Assembly (NCBI GenBank): GCA_001275005.1
Contig: JWZX01003188.1
Location: 1 to 44,701, forward strand
Length of the DNA: 44,701 bases
From: Chrysochromulina tobinii
Taxonomy: Eukaryota
Reading direction: 5' to 3'
Shown: piece by piece, positions 42,670 to 44,701 of the stretch
Layout of the letters: each line of letters begins with the position of its first letter
Numbering within the stretch: the stretch's first letter is position 1
Notes under the pieces: generated by a model
Seen by the model: only the letters and a program-made list of their open reading frames with translations
Told to the model about the DNA's origin: nothing
Database searches by the model: none
Translations under genes and position numbers: made by a program

Positions 42670-44701
42670 TCAGGCCGTGCCGCCCGCCGTCCTGTGCGCG
42701 GGCGCACTCATGTGCGCGGGCGGGACGCTCATCACGGCGCTCATCCTCGCTTCCTTGGCATGCATGGCGCCATCGCGTCCGAGCATGCTAGGGAGCATCA
42801 CGAGGGCCGCCGCGGGCATCTTGCCCGGGGGCGGCGTGGGTCCAAAGCCACGGGCATCGAAGAGGGGCTCGGGCGTGTCATGGCTCGGGTGGGCGGCGGC
42901 GCGGCTCGTGCTGTCGCCCACCTCGAGGGAGGGCGGGCGCAGAGGCCCGAGCGCCAGCGAGCGCGGCGGCTTGTTGGCCGCACTCTCGGCGGCGGCGAGC
43001 AGCGAGGAGCGCGCCGCATCCACGAGCTCAGAATCATCCTCAGTGCCCCACTCGGCGGCGCCGGCGCTGCCGCCGGCGCTGACGAAGCTGCCCGCGCTGC
43101 CCACGCTCACAAGGGTGCTGTGGCTGCGCGCGCTCGCGAGTCCGGCCCACTCTGTGCTGCTGGTGCTGCCGCCGCTCACTTGGCGCAGGAGGGCCGCATG
43201 CGGATCTTCGGCGCCGATTGTCATGGGCGCGATCGTCTTCACAGGCATGACGCGCGGCGGCGCGGGCGCCTCCACCTCCATGGGCTGCGTGGCGGAGGCG
43301 GCGAGGGCCGCAGCACTCTCTGCGGCCGCCGCCTGCGCGGCCGCGGCGAGCAGGCCGCCATCGACGATGGCCGTCGGCGAGGGCGGCTGCGGCTTGCGCA
43401 GCGGCACGATCAGCTCCTTGGGCGGTGAACCGGCCGCCGCCTTGCCCGCCTCGTCGGACGGTACCGCCGGCGCACGCCCCGGCGAGAGCGCGCCCTCCTC
43501 GCCCTCCTCCTCCGTCTTCGCGCCGCCAATGGACGCTTTGGACTGCGGCGGAGGCGCCGCGCGCGGGATCGGATTGGCGCCCGCGGGGTTCTTGCACTCG
43601 CAGCAGCGGCACTTTTCAGTGCACTTGACGCCCGCCTGGAAGCACTCGCAGTAGCGGCGCTGGCAGCCCGACTTTTTGCAGTTGCACCCGGTCAGATGGA
43701 CGAGGTCCGCGCCCTCGGTGGCGCCGATTCGGCTCTCGAACGCGTCCTTCTTCTTCTTCTGCATCTCGGCCACCGCCGCCAGCCGTTTGAGTTTGCGCTC
43801 CTCGGTCGTGTCGTCGTTCTCGCACCCCTTGCACTTGCACTCGCCATCGACGCACACGCTGCCCTGGGCGAAGCACACGCAGTACCGCTTGAGGCAACCG
43901 GAGCGGTCGCACCGGCAGCGCTTGGGCCGCCCGGGCTCCTTGGGCTTCGCTGGCTTGGTGCGCTTGGGCCCCTTGGCGCCCTCGGGCAGCGGCAGCCCGA
44001 GCGAGTCGCCCGAGAGCAGATCGCGGAGCATTAGGCGCTCCTCCTCGTCGTCGCCCTCGTCCTCGTCACACGCGCTGCACGCGCCCTGGCGCTCGAGCTG
44101 CGCCCAGGCGCTCGAGCCGAGGTCCGCCTCGAGCTTGCGCTTGCGCTCCTTGTTCTTGGCCGCCGCGCCCCCAAGGAACATGGGCTGCCCCATTGGATCA
44201 TAGGATGGGCTCGCGAGCGCGCCCGCCTGCAGCAGCGCCTTGCTCAGGTCGCGGCGCAGCTGCCCAGCCGAGTCGGCGCACGCAGGCGACTCGAGCCCGC
44301 CGTCGAGCAGCGCATTGCCAAGCTGCTCCGGGTCGGCCGGTGGGGCCGAGGCCGACAGCTCAGACTTGGCGGCCCGCGCGCCGGCGGCCGCGTGCGCGGC
44401 CGAGCTGCCGGCGGCGACGGGCGCGTCGGGCAGCCGCGGCGTCTGCTCCATGAGCGAGGCGAGCTGCCACAGCGGCGAGTGCGACTGCTGCTGCGCGAGC
44501 GGCGGTATCAAGGTGAGCTGCTGGGCGTCGGGTAGCCGCGGCGTCATGTCGAGCAGCGACGCGAACTGCGAGAGCGGCGACACGCCAAGCGCGCCTTCGG
44601 CCGCGAGCGCCTCGATCTCGGGGGTCTTGAGCTGCGGCGTGCACGGCATGCCGTTCTTGTTATGCGGCAGCTCGAAGAGCAGTCGGCGCGGGGCGTCGTC
44701 G
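42670..44701 (-). CDS. Tesmin/TSO1/LIN54-like CRC (CXC-hinge-CXC) DNA-binding protein, 5' end probably outside the window
   Basis: CRCDRSGCLKRYCVCFAQG...CKCKGCEN and GCNCKKSGCQRRYCECFQAGVKCTEKCRCCECKN. The frame is open to the window edge. Confidence 0.9.
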   Translation of the reverse strand, partial: DDAPRRLLFELPHNKNGMPCTPQLKTPEIEALAAEGALGVSPLSQFASLLDMTPRLPDAQQLTLIPPLAQQQSHSPLWQLASLMEQTPRLPDAPVAAGSSAAHAAAGARAAKSELSASAPPADPEQLGNALLDGGLESPACADSAGQLRRDLSKALLQAGALASPSYDPMGQPMFLGGAAAKNKERKRKLEADLGSSAWAQLERQGACSACDEDEGDDEEERLMLRDLLSGDSLGLPLPEGAKGPKRTKPAKPKEPGRPKRCRCDRSGCLKRYCVCFAQGSVCVDGECKCKGCENDDTTEERKLKRLAAVAEMQKKKKDAFESRIGATEGADLVHLTGCNCKKSGCQRRYCECFQAGVKCTEKCRCCECKNPAGANPIPRAAPPPQSKASIGGAKTEEEGEEGALSPGRAPAVPSDEAGKAAAGSPPKELIVPLRKPQPPSPTAIVDGGLLAAAAQAAAAESAAALAASATQPMEVEAPAPPRVMPVKTIAPMTIGAEDPHAALLRQVSGGSTSSTEWAGLASARSHSTLVSVGSAGSFVSAGGSAGAAEWGTEDDSELVDAARSSLLAAAESAANKPPRSLALGPLRPPSLEVGDSTSRAAAHPSHDTPEPLFDARGFGPTPPPGKMPAAALVMLPSMLGRDGAMHAKEARMSAVMSVPPAHMSAPAHRTAGGTA

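Noticed and set aside
42265..43654. Long plus-strand ORFs (387 and 441 aa) opposite the CXC gene
   Set aside because: These are antisense shadows caused by high GC and carry no domain motifs. The same applies to 23608-25155, 14943-15890 and most short ORFs in the track.

Overview
This is GC-rich, gene-dense eukaryotic nuclear DNA with short GT-AG introns, several filled with ~10-bp tandem repeats. The style suggests a haptophyte-like alga (inference). About 20 protein-coding loci are recognisable, including LSM4, a renalase-like flavoenzyme, an HtrA/Deg protease, a MICAL-type monooxygenase, a CNBD-family cation channel, proteasome alpha-3, an SGNH hydrolase, a chorismate mutase-PDT-ACT fusion, a Cdc15/MAP3K-epsilon kinase, a 2OG-Fe(II) oxygenase, a PILS-like transporter, a calcyphosin-like protein, a methyltransferase-like protein and a tesmin/TSO1 CXC protein. 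The window also holds a decayed BRCT gene and an internally deleted hAT transposon. The main finding is a two-exon gene at 37577-38088 that the ORF track does not call as a single ORF. It has an in-frame TGA in a C-x-x-U motif (VVFCANU), an organelle-type presequence, and a SECIS-like hairpin with an atypical apical loop about 70 nt after the stop, which makes it a candidate SelW/Rdx-like selenoprotein. All family calls rest on motif recognition by eye; no searches were run.
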